Shown: positions 23,310 through 33,294 of the stretch, piece after piece
Layout of the letters: each line of letters begins with the position of its first letter
How positions within the stretch are numbered: position 1 is the first letter of the stretch
DNA from: Malacoraja senta
Lineage: Eukaryota
DNA: 64,000 bases
Reading direction: 5' to 3'
Assembly: GCA_038087875.1 (NCBI GenBank)
Contig: CM075979.1
Location: 41,850,001-41,914,000 of the forward strand
Made by a program: the position numbers and the translations under genes
The notes under the pieces: generated by a model
Database searches by the model: none
The model's input: the letters and a program-made list of their open reading frames with translations, nothing else
What the model was told of the DNA's origin: nothing

Positions 23310-24992
23310 GTATACGGAAGAGTTCAAATCGAGCTATCCCTTTTGTGAATCTATGCCTGACAGTGTCTGTCCTGTGGTGTGGATCTGGCCTGATCCACAT
23401 CTTAATGGGAGCAAATGTAGTTCAGAGTAATTCAGTCAGAAATGCTCTGGTCCCTGGTTTTGTAGCTTTAGTCTTGGTACTCTTCATCATTGGGGTTGTG
23501 GGGTTCATCCAAAAGGATGTAATCCCTGGTGTGATTGCCTTTGCTATTTCTCTTGCTACTGCTCATGAGATTGCTGCATTATATAATAAATCTTTTGGTC
23601 ATTCTGCAGTGGCTTCAAATTATTTGATCGTGTCCTTTATCGGCATTTACTTTGGATTGGGCCGTGCTTCTGTCTTCATAAGCAAAGGACAAATCACTTT
23701 CCCAGGGACTAGTCTGTCCAAGAATAAGTCCCATGTGACATTGAAATCGATAAGCTTCTTTAACAATGACACAATAGTTCTGGGATACATCACTAATATG
23801 CTATCTGCCAGTGTGTTCGGATGTCACCTATTGGGTGTAACTTCCAAACTGTCTGTTGGTCAGATTCCCTGGCTGTGGACAGCAGGCGTCTACCAAATTA
23901 TAGTTTGTATTTTGTCTTACAGGGCTTTTGACACGCTGAATGCTACATTCTTTGGTTTGACCTCCATATTAAAATTTGCAGAGGGATATGCATTGCTGTA
24001 CAGCATATGGCAAAGCAGCCAACCCTTCTTCCCAGTTCCAGTCCCGATTGTTCTTGCTGTCCTATTTTTCACGCTGGCTCTGTTCATGACCAGTAAAAGC
24101 CTTATTGATGGATTGTATCCATTGTTTTTTGTTGCCTATTGTATAGCAGTATCAGCTCGCTCCACAGGCTTTTTCCATGGTGGAGCACAAGGCGTGAGTG
24201 TGGCTATATTTATAGCATCTGCTTGCGTTACTTTAATTTCTCTTTTCAATAGCAAAGGGCCCCTGACATATCCCACTGGAGAAGGGGTTGTTAAAACTTT
24301 ATTCAGTAGGATGAATGCCTTATCTCTAAAGTCAGGTAAAGACTTCCATAACCCATATTTAGGATACTCCAGATACTCAGACGCTGAGATTCTAGCCCAT
24401 GCCTGCAATGTTGTGGCTTGTTTTGCCATCACTGTATCAATCAATCCTTTGGCACCTTTAGCCACTGTAGTTTTGCCTTGGATTGTTATTCCTGGGGGTG
24501 TCCTTCAGATCCTGTGTGGCTCAATCTCTTTTTCCCGGGGTAAAACCCTTGAAAGCTGTGCTTTCATTCTGTATGGTTTAATATGGATAATCTGGGGTTT
24601 GACCAGATATGGTGGTCTCTATGGTTCGACTAGGGGGTTTGGTATTGCTGTGGGAATTATTTGCTTCCTTCTCTTTAACAGTTTTGTGGTGATTGGCACT
24701 TGCTTTCTGAACACGGCATGGTTTGCCTTATCACTCAGCTTTCAGTTGATCTTAATAAGCTTCCTTTTGGATGCCATTAATGCAATTCCTTATGGATATG
24801 ATATTGGAGTCACCATCATTTTTGGTTTGATTAGTTTTTACTGCTTTCTGGCCACCCTCTTTAACCAAAGCTTTGAGAAACCCCAGTTACCTCTGGGACG
24901 GGCCTGGGCAAGCCTGTGTGGCTTTGGGCAGAACAAATCTGTGTGCCCTCATCTGCCTTCAAGAAAAACCACCTCAGTCAGAAAGATTGCAG
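23310..24992 (+). CDS. SatP-repeat/YrdC gene, exon 3 (1683 nt; most transmembrane helices)
   Basis: Lies within the 610-aa ORF. Acceptor (T)nCAG|GT and donor CAG|GTAAGG, phase 1-1. Contains GGVLQILCG..FSRGKTLESCAFILYGLIW and Y..LATLFNQSFEKPQLPLG, which match SatP/YaaH motifs. Confidence 0.92.
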
Positions 24993-26548
24993 GTAAGGCT
25001 CTGCAAAGATTGTTGGATTCCACATTGTTATTTCAGAGCTGTTTTCATTTCTTTAAGCGAAATAGCAAAATTAATAAGTAACATGTTACATTTAGTTTAC
25101 CCAGCCTCTTATTGACTTGAAGGGCTGAATGATCTAATGCTTCTAATTTGTATCTTCATATGTAACCTCTAAGATAGTGTATCATGCAAATCATAATTAT
25201 GAAATGTAATTACTTGGCTGTTCTTTTTATAACTTCTCTTCTATATACTTATATCCTATTATGTTTGTGATGGTCATGAAATGATAAGACAGCATTAAAA
25301 TCATTGGAGAGACCAAAGAGATTCAATATATTTAGTGTCAATTTCACCAATGTTTCTTGGAAACTTTATCCCACAAGTCTAAAAGACATTTGTGTAATAA
25401 CTTGGCTGCAGTCTTGGGGCATGAAATTTGTGTTTTCCAAAGATCCAAAACCAGGACCTTGGTAAACTATAAAATAAATTAGCAAGAAGCAGAGACTGCG
25501 AGCAAGGTGAGAAGGTATGTTAGAATGTGCAGTGGCTGAGAATGGTAAATTTTGGAAAAGAAAAGTAACAGTAAAATGTCCTAAAATGTAGACTGATCAA
25601 AATGAAGGGATAAAAGAGATGTAATCATGCACATATTTGTAATTGTACAGGAAAGGGTAGAATAGTTATAAAATGGAAACTGAAAAAATTTAAATTTAAA
25701 ATATCAGACATCCAGGATGATGTTGCATTTGGAAGGCAACAGTTAAACCATCAGTGAAGTAATTTATGTTGTTCTATACAAATTATTACCAAAAGGGTAT
25801 TAAATGCAAATGAAAACCTACTGAGAAGTTTAAGTCTGATTATAGTATGTCACAGATGCAAAAACAAGCTTGAAACTTAGTAATTTTTCCACTGAAAAAC
25901 AAATAGATGAAAAAGCATTATGAAGGCAATCAAGATATTTGAAGTTATATCTGGTTTTGAGGCAGAACAGTGTGAAGGATTGTGGGCAAATTCACAATCA
26001 GAGCTTATTAAATTTCAGATTGTCAGTAGAAATTTGGGATTTGAATTTACACAGGGAAATTGGAATTTTCTTTTCCACATAGGTTCAAAGTACATTTTTA
26101 TTCCATATTATGGCTATTGTAAATTTTTGTTTTATATTGTGACAAAGGCAATCATCTATTTACTTTCAAAGAAAGCCTGTGAAAAACGATGATGAGTAGA
26201 TAGATTTGGAGTAATTAAATTTGGCACAGTCATTCATAGTTCCTCCCATATTGTGATTCCTGATTCTTCCCATCAATATTCTGGGTGATGGCTAATAGTT
26301 TGTCAGAATTTAGTTAATGACTTTTTTTCTAGCTTCTCAATGTTCCATTTGTGCCACCTAGCAGAGTAAAAAAATGGTTACCAGGCTTAACTTTGTCAGT
26401 TCCGTCAGAGCCTGTGGTCAATAGTCCTCAATGTCTATTGTTGCTTTTAAATCATTTTTTTTATCATGACACTGAACACATTTAGGAAGAAAAACAATAT
26501 GTTCTTTGGGATTTTCCTGTTTATTAAAATGTTATTTCTTTTCTGCAG

Positions 26549-26648
26549 AAATTATGAAAAATGGAGGAATCTGTGGTATTCCAACAGACACTGTGTATGT
26601 GTTGGTGGCAGCCTGCAATTGTCCTGATGCTGTTGAGAAGGCTTACAA
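26549..26648 (+). CDS. SatP-repeat/YrdC gene, exon 4 (start of YrdC/Sua5 domain)
   Basis: TTCTGCAG|AA...AA|GTAGGA. Encodes EIMKNGGICGIPTDTVYVLVAACNCPDAVEKAY, with the PT(D/E)TVY YrdC motif. Confidence 0.9.
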
Positions 26649-26819
26649 GTAGGAACTGTTTTACATTGAGTGTTATTCACTTGGGCCTGTACCAAAGACC
26701 TTTAGTGCATTTGGAGTGGAGAACATCACTAATGCACCTATCTATTCACGCTTATATCTGAACATAGAAAATAATAGCTGTATATTTGGAATTATTTCTT
26801 ATTGTATTTACTAGATCCT

Positions 26820-26950
26820 GAAATGTATTTATTTATGCCTACTATATTCTGTTGTGCTGAAGCAAAGCAAGAATTTCATTGTCCTATCTGGGACACATGA
26901 CAATAAACTCTCTTGAATCTCTTGAATCTTTTGAATCTTTTGAATCTTGA
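26820..26950 (+). mobile_element. LINE-like 3' terminal fragment with (TCTTGAA)-type tail
   Basis: ACACATGACAATAAACTC followed by TCTTGAATC tandem units. Related ends occur at ~11840, ~27260 and ~57900. Confidence 0.45.
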
Positions 26951-27682
26951 AATTTGCAAGCATAAGAGCAGAACTGGTGCAAAAAAATGTATCCACTTCA
27001 AGAAAACCTGAAACACTCAACAAGTCAGTCAGACTAAAGAAGGATCTTCAATCTGAAATGTTAACTTTGATTCTCTTGCCATAGATGTTGCCTGATCTGC
27101 CAAGTGTTTGCAGCATTTTTTTCCTCACAATTCCAGCCCCCTTTTTTTTATTTTAATGTATCATTATTGGTTATCAATCTGTGCACTGTGGATGACTTGA
27201 TTGTATTCGCTCTTCTTTGACTGAATAGTAAAACAAAAGCTTTTCACTGTACTTCGGTACACATGACGATGATAAACGAAACTAAACCTATTATGAAGCC
27301 ATTGCAATGAATATATTTCATTGCTTGTTAGGTTGTTATTTCAACATATCTCAAGACATAAATATTAAATATCAAAAAATGTATGGATCATATTTAACAC
27401 TGAACATTTGTTGTGGGATAAATGTGTAAAGTGATAACATCCCTTGTATGTAAAGATAATGTACAAACATCCTTGGAAGTACAATGTTCCATTTATTTAA
27501 CTACTTTCTTGAAGAACTATCCTAATACAAAGGATGAGCTAAAGATGACTGATTCAGTTCCTTAATTTCTTGCATGTCAAGTAATGCCAATACCAAGCAG
27601 CAGTATTTTGATGCTTTATAATTTGTAAGCTAAGAATAGATGAAAAATATAACTAAGAAATGTATATTTTTTGTTTGAACAG

Positions 27683-27831
27683 CACAAAGAAGCAGGCCAA
27701 GGACAGGCCCATGTCTCTGTGGATCTCCAGCTTAGCACAACTGGAACCAGTTAAACATCTGTTAAACCCTCTATTGTGGGACTTTATGCAGGCAGTTTGG
27801 CCATCGTCTATCAGCCTTGTCATCCCCAGGG
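27683..27831 (+). CDS. SatP-repeat/YrdC gene, exon 5
   Basis: AACAG|C...AGGG|GTAATA. Encodes TKKQAKDRPMSLWISSLAQLEPVKHLLNPLLWDFMQAVWPSSISLVIPR. Phase 2-1. Confidence 0.9.
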
Positions 27832-28217
27832 GTAATACGCCTTTGTTCATCTCCATATTCTTCCTCTAAACCACCCACCAAGCAAATATGTTTTTCTCAT
27901 TCATGCAGTGTTTCATTTTCCAGCTCAAACGACAGATTGGAAATCTTTTATTGGGTGTCTCTATTCTTTGCTGTATCAAAATGCAGTTGGAAAAATCCAC
28001 TTTCATTCTGTCGTGAAGTATCTTGTGAAGTATTTCATCAATTTAGAACACTATCAGTTTATCAAAGTATAACCATGGACATTCCATGCATATTTGCCAA
28101 TCTCAAATTGCATAATTAAAATTAACTATCTGTTCCACTAGCACACAATTCATGTGTCAATCTGATTTAAATCAATGTGGGAGAATGATTATTAACAAAT
28201 GTTGTTTTCATTGGAAG

Positions 28218-28330
28218 GTGAATGGCTGGAACCATTTGGACTGAAACATGCAGATAAGTACATCGGGACACCTCAAAGCATCGCCATTAGGATTCCAGAC
28301 TGTGCTGTTACAACACATCTCATTGATCAG
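28218..28330 (+). CDS. SatP-repeat/YrdC gene, exon 6
   Basis: GAAG|GT...CAG|GTGAGA. Encodes GEWLEPFGLKHADKYIGTPQSIAIRIPDCAVTTHLIDQ, with the I.IR.P YrdC motif. Confidence 0.9.
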
Positions 28331-28872
28331 GTGAGATATTCCGAAGGAGCTTTTTTATATATTTTGCATATATTGCTGAATTTCCTTGACACTTTTCATT
28401 GCCTTTATTTACTTTCCCGATTCAGTGGGTTTTGACAGAATATCTGAAATAAAATCTATGTTTAGAAATAGCATCGGTAGAGAGAGAAATGGTTTCATCA
28501 GAACTGCTCCACAGAATGCCTTCTAATCTACTGAGAATTTCCAGCATTTTCAGTTTTTATTTTGGTTTTCCAACATCTGCAGTTCTTTTGATTTTCACAT
28601 AGAATATCCACTTGTTTCACTGGGAAATACTTGTAACTATGAACCAGTAGTTAATTCCAGGTGTGTGATTGCTTTATTTCATGGGGTCAGTTGTAAGTAT
28701 TTCAGAATTACCAAAGAAATACTGTTCAGCTATATTTTGCTAATGAACCTATCACCATAATATGTCTTATTCTAAAGTCTGCAGCATGCATAAAAGGAAA
28801 TACATTGTTCGATGGAATACAAAACAAATGAAACAAATCAGCATGTGATTATTAGATTGTAGGAAAGAGAAC

Positions 28873-29103
28873 AGTGTGTGTGCGTGTGTGAGTTTGTGCA
28901 TGCATGTGTGCATGAGTGTGTGTGCGCGAGTGTATTCATGCGTGTATGAGTGCGTGCATGAGTGCATTCATGTGTGTGCGTGCATGCATGTGTGAGTGTG
29001 CATGCATGCGTCCATGAGTGTGTGTGCATGTGCGTGTGTGCATTCATGAGTGTGTATGAGTGCATTTGTATGTGTATGCATGAGGGCATTCATTCGTGTG
29101 TGT
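28873..29103. repeat. TG/CATG-rich low-complexity microsatellite
   Basis: Interleaved TGTG, GCATG and TGAGTG units. Confidence 0.9.
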
Positions 29104-29530
29104 TTGGTGCAAGAGAGAAAGCAAAAGCAGCTCTCACAATTCTTGTGGAAGATTTGCGTTTTTAAGCAGAATGCAGGTTTGGTTAAGTCTTATTTTTGTA
29201 GAAATTATATTAAGTGTGGAAACTGTCAGTACTAAAAATTTCACTAAAGGTGGTTTTGAAAAAAGTTTCATTTTGTTTTTACTGTGGTGCCTGGAAGAGC
29301 TTTAATTTTATCATGGCCTGACACGGTTCTTCCCAACTTCAAGGCCTTACAGGTCTAGTCACTGGATAATGATTATGAGCAAAAACCATTGCAAAATTCC
29401 CTTTGCTAGCCAGATTGCTAGGGTTCATTATGGAGCTTACTTCCTCTTCAGCAGAAACTCAATCAGAACAGGGAATGAGTGTAGATCCACTTCTGTCTAC
29501 ATGGTAGCTAATCTTTCTCTGCATGTGCAG

Positions 29531-29620
29531 GTAGGCCCTATAGCGGTGACATCAGCAAATCCAACAGGAGAAGCAGACACCACACACCACAATCAAGTCT
29601 ATGCCAAACTTGGAGAAAAG
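29531..29620 (+). CDS. SatP-repeat/YrdC gene, exon 7
   Basis: GCAG|GTA...AAG|GTAAAG. Encodes VGPIAVTSANPTGEADTTHHNQVYAKLGEK, with the TSAN.(S/T)G YrdC motif. Confidence 0.92.
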
Positions 29621-29707
29621 GTAAAGTTAACTCTTTAAGTTTCAAACGTAAGTTCTGACATGTATCGTCATAGTTAATTACACATGGAAATTTTGTTCCC
29701 GGTACAG

Positions 29708-29830
29708 GTTAATGGAGTATTGTGTGATGGGCCGTCACCTGAGAATATTGCCTCTACTGTTGTAGACTGTACCAAGATAGAGACGGGTACACTTGGTTTC
29801 TTTAGAGTTGGCATTGTGCCCAAATCAGAG
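29708..29830 (+). CDS. SatP-repeat/YrdC gene, exon 8
   Basis: ACAG|GTT...GAG|GTAAGA. Encodes VNGVLCDGPSPENIASTVVDCTKIETGTLGFFRVGIVPKSE, with the STVVD and R.G YrdC motifs. Confidence 0.92.
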
Positions 29831-31164
29831 GTAAGAGTAACATCATATTGATGCATTGATGTAACATATCTGTCCTGAAATCAGTTTTATAGTTTGACCT
29901 TGCACGAGGGCAGATTTAAAAATGAAAATCTGGAGATTTGGGAGAAAAAATAAAGATGAAGAAATGTATTTAAATTAATGGTTCTCAGAAAGACTTCAAA
30001 AGACTCCAATCCTATCATCCATTTCATTCTTGAATGATTCTCACCAGACAAGTATCCACAGCTCATTATGAGAAGCAAGCTGAAATATATATTCTACTTT
30101 ATTCTACTCTACCTGACGGAATATCATACTTTGAAGTAACTTTTCAGATTTACTTGTTTTATTCGGGTTACTGCCCTGTGTTTCACAAAGGTCACTTTCC
30201 AGATGTCTCCATTTGCGGTTGAAGAGGGTAGATTTTCTCCAGCGGTTCCAAATCCAGTGACATTAGGATCAGTTTTGTCCTTCTTTCTATTTTGGCAATT
30301 GTTAGAACAGCCTCCGTTTACTTTTGTGTTCTAAACCTGCCTATCTTTTGCTTCTGTGTGCTGAAGCAAGACAGGGTTGATAAAATATGGTTTTACCATA
30401 AAGTCTCGGTAGAATCTGAACCTCCTCTGAGTTTCATCCTGTTTAAGATCTTAATATTTTATTCGTCACTTTCCTTTAGTTAGCCATAATTTAACAATGA
30501 GTCTGATAATAATCTCCTTAATTTTCATCCTTACTGACTTCAATACCATTCATAAGTATTTGTGATGCCCAAGTGTTTTTTAAAAAACTTTAATCCTGGC
30601 AGTATAATCTCGTACACACCATGTCACTTTACCCAACCTATTGGATTGTTACTGAAAAAAACTCGTTTCCTGAGTATACTTCAGGAAAGGAAATTTCTCA
30701 TCCTTACTGGGTATAGCTTAAATGATACTTCAGTCCCACCAATCTGGTTGACTCCTTGAGGACCAATTAACTTGAGGAGCAATTGGGGATGGTTAGTAAA
30801 TCCAGACTTAGTCAGTGTATCTCCATCCTGTGAATGAATAAAAATATAGGAATAATGGCTCATTCTGTCCACTTTGTCCAACTCATTGTGCAACTTAATG
30901 GCTCTCATTATTTCTTTGATTGAAAAACAACTTTTTTAATGGAAGATCTTTATCCAAATATAGAGATACCTCCATTAAAGAGTGACATAAACTCAGCAGT
31001 CACTTATTCCCACAACACAACTAAATAGTAATGGCTTTACTATCACAGCTTCGATGTTCTTGAAAGTTTCAATAATTTCATTGTTCACCTTCTTCTGAAA
31101 CTAATCTCAGTGGTTGGGAAACATTCCAATAGCTGCTGAGAGTCCAGCCAATTCTGGACTGGCA

Positions 31165-31425
31165 CTGGCAGCATGGTGGCACAGAAGCTGCCTTACAGCA
31201 CCAGAGACCCGAATTCAATCTTGACTATGGGTGCTCTCTGTACAGAGTTTGTACAATCTCCCTGTGACTGCGAAGGTTTCCAGTTTCCTCCCACACTCCA
31301 AAGATGTGCAGGTTTGTAGGTAATTGGCTTCTGTAACCATGTAAATAGTCTCCAGTTTACAGGATAGAACTACAACACGGGCTGATAGCTGTTTCTGCAT
31401 TGTACCTCTAAAGTCTAAAGTAAAG
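31165..31425 (+). mobile_element. V-SINE (HE1-like), degraded
   Basis: GGCAGCATGGTGGCACAG..CTGCCTTACAGCACCAGAGACCC...TTCCTCCCACACTCCAAAGATGTGCAGGTTTGTAGGTAATTGG. Confidence 0.75.
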
Positions 31426-31902
31426 CTCATTACTAAAGAAGGCATCACAATCAAAGCCAATCCTATCAATGTCCACACTGAATAACAAAGGACAAGAAAA
31501 ACTTGGTTATGTTATTTTTCATTTCTCACCATTGAATTAAGGATGCTCGGAGCCTCAAATGCACATAGCTCCCCGTTATAGAGTAGAAGGCTATCCTCAG
31601 TTGCTTGCAATAAATGCATGGTTAACACCATTGTGGTTGTGTGCAGTACTCTGAAACTGAACTTTGCCTCCTTTGAGACTATTTTGGAAGTGGAGCACAA
31701 TCATATATCCGCATTCAGTGCCAGCAACTGAATGAAATTTGTGAATCAAACCCACAAGCACCTGCTGTGTATTGTTTCATATTTACATTATAAATCATCA
31801 ATGGAATAATATTTGAAGTATTTATTCTAATGGATGAATTCTAATGGAACAATTCTAAAATTGTTTTCTTTTGCTAATGAACTATTTATATTTTGATTGA
31901 AG

Positions 31903-32067
31903 ATTCTGCAGATATTCGAAGAAGTGCAGAAGAAATCTCTGAAAGGTCATTCCAATGATGGATTCATTGATGGTCATTCAGAACCTAACACAGTTCAGCA
32001 GCCACAGACTCCATATTCCTTTGACAACATGGGCTTTGTAAATGAGAAGGAAGATGATAAGTTGTAG
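31903..32067 (+). CDS. SatP-repeat/YrdC gene, exon 9 (last)
   Basis: Acceptor GAAG|ATT, with an alternative in-frame CAG| at 31912. Encodes ILQIFEEVQKKSLKGHSNDGFIDGHSEPNTVQQPQTPYSFDNMGFVNEKEDDKL*. Phase 0. Confidence 0.75.
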   Translation: MLQIFEEVQKKSLKGHSNDGFIDGHSEPNTVQQPQTPYSFDNMGFVNEKEDDKL

Positions 32068-32763
32068 TATAAATGTATTACTGAAGAAATATGTAAACAT
32101 TTGAGCATCCTTTTGCAAACAAAACTATAAACACAAAAATGACATCATAAAGGATGTTGACGAGCCTGATGATTGGTTCCTGCACCTTCTGAGTTTATGA
32201 CAAATTTCCATGATCTGCATGATTTTGCGATGATTTGCTGTAGTATTTCATGAGCCATGGTACAATAACTGTGGTTAATATTACTGTAAGAACACTATTA
32301 ACTGACCTTAAAGGTATCAATTACGGATCAACTACTATGTAAGGCAGTTTTGTGCCCTTCACATACACAAAAATGATCAAGCTTATAACTGAGCATGAAT
32401 GAGTCAAATAGTAAGTGAACTTTTAAAATTGGCCACGAGTAGAAGAAAACCAATGGAATCAGAGAAGAGTAAGAGTAAAAAAGGAAGTAATTTAACCGAT
32501 CATGTCCTGCACCAATACGTACACTTGACCTACCTCATTCTCAAGAAGCATAACTAATTCTTCTTTTCTTGATGGATTAGAAATGTAGTGTTCTGGACAT
32601 ATTGGAAATTCTTTCAGCCTTTCTGCTCTTAGCACTATCCCAGTTTTCCTTGGGATGATTTAAATTTTCCAATATAACAACCAAATTATTTTTCCACCTT
32701 GGTAATCTCTCTGTATACAGTATTTGCTCTTCCACGTCACACTCACTTGTTGGAGGAGGAATT

Positions 32764-32963
32764 AGAAACATAGAAGATCGGCCCTTCGAGCCAGCACCAC
32801 CATCAATATTATCATGGCTGATCATCCAAAATCAGTACCCCATTCCTGCTTTTTCCCCATATACCTTGATTCCTTTAGCCTTAAGAGCTTAATCTAAACT
32901 ATCTCTTGAAAACATCCAGTGAATTGCCCTCCACTGCCATCTGTGGCAGGGAATTCCACAGAT
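32764..32963 (-). mobile_element. CR1 LINE 3' fragment (duplicated at ~43177-43376)
   Basis: AGAAACATAGAA tail plus TCGGCCCTTCGAGCCAGCACC...GAATTCCACAGAT. Confidence 0.75.
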
Positions 32964-33288
32964 TATTCACACAGACTCAAACAGATGAAGTGTAATTTGG
33001 CTACAGTAATGCTAGTTGGGATATAACTATGTTTTCTTCTCTGAACCTCTGTGGTTTTGATGTGCATAAACATTGCAGAGCTTTGAAAAGGAGCACATTT
33101 GTCCCATTGAATGTGGATTCATCCCCAAAAGCTTTAAGAAATGTCCATGTTCATGTCATTGATGCTGTGGAGCACCAAATCTGAATGGAAAATTCATATT
33201 TATTCTGAATTCAATGAAAGATGTATATAAGGAAATTGAAATTTGACAGAGGGGTGTAATTGCACTTTATATTGTATGCATATTTTTA

Positions 33289-33294
33289 AATAAA
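33289..33294 (+). promoter_or_regulatory. Candidate polyadenylation signal of the SatP-repeat/YrdC gene
   Basis: AATAAA ~1.2 kb after the stop, in U-rich context with downstream GT-rich sequence. Confidence 0.4.

Noticed and set aside
23249-25081. 610-aa ORF as a stand-alone single-exon gene
   Set aside because: The ORF start is a GTG in a polypyrimidine tract. Strong splice sites at 23310 and 24992 join it in frame to upstream and YrdC exons, so both ORF ends are intronic.
28767-29235. His/Thr- or Cys/Val-rich ORFs
   Set aside because: These are translations of a TG/CATG microsatellite inside an intron.
26549-29830. Calling the gene canonical YRDC
   Set aside because: It has ~640 extra N-terminal residues, mostly transmembrane, and altered KxR and YGL motifs. 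No gene symbol was assigned.
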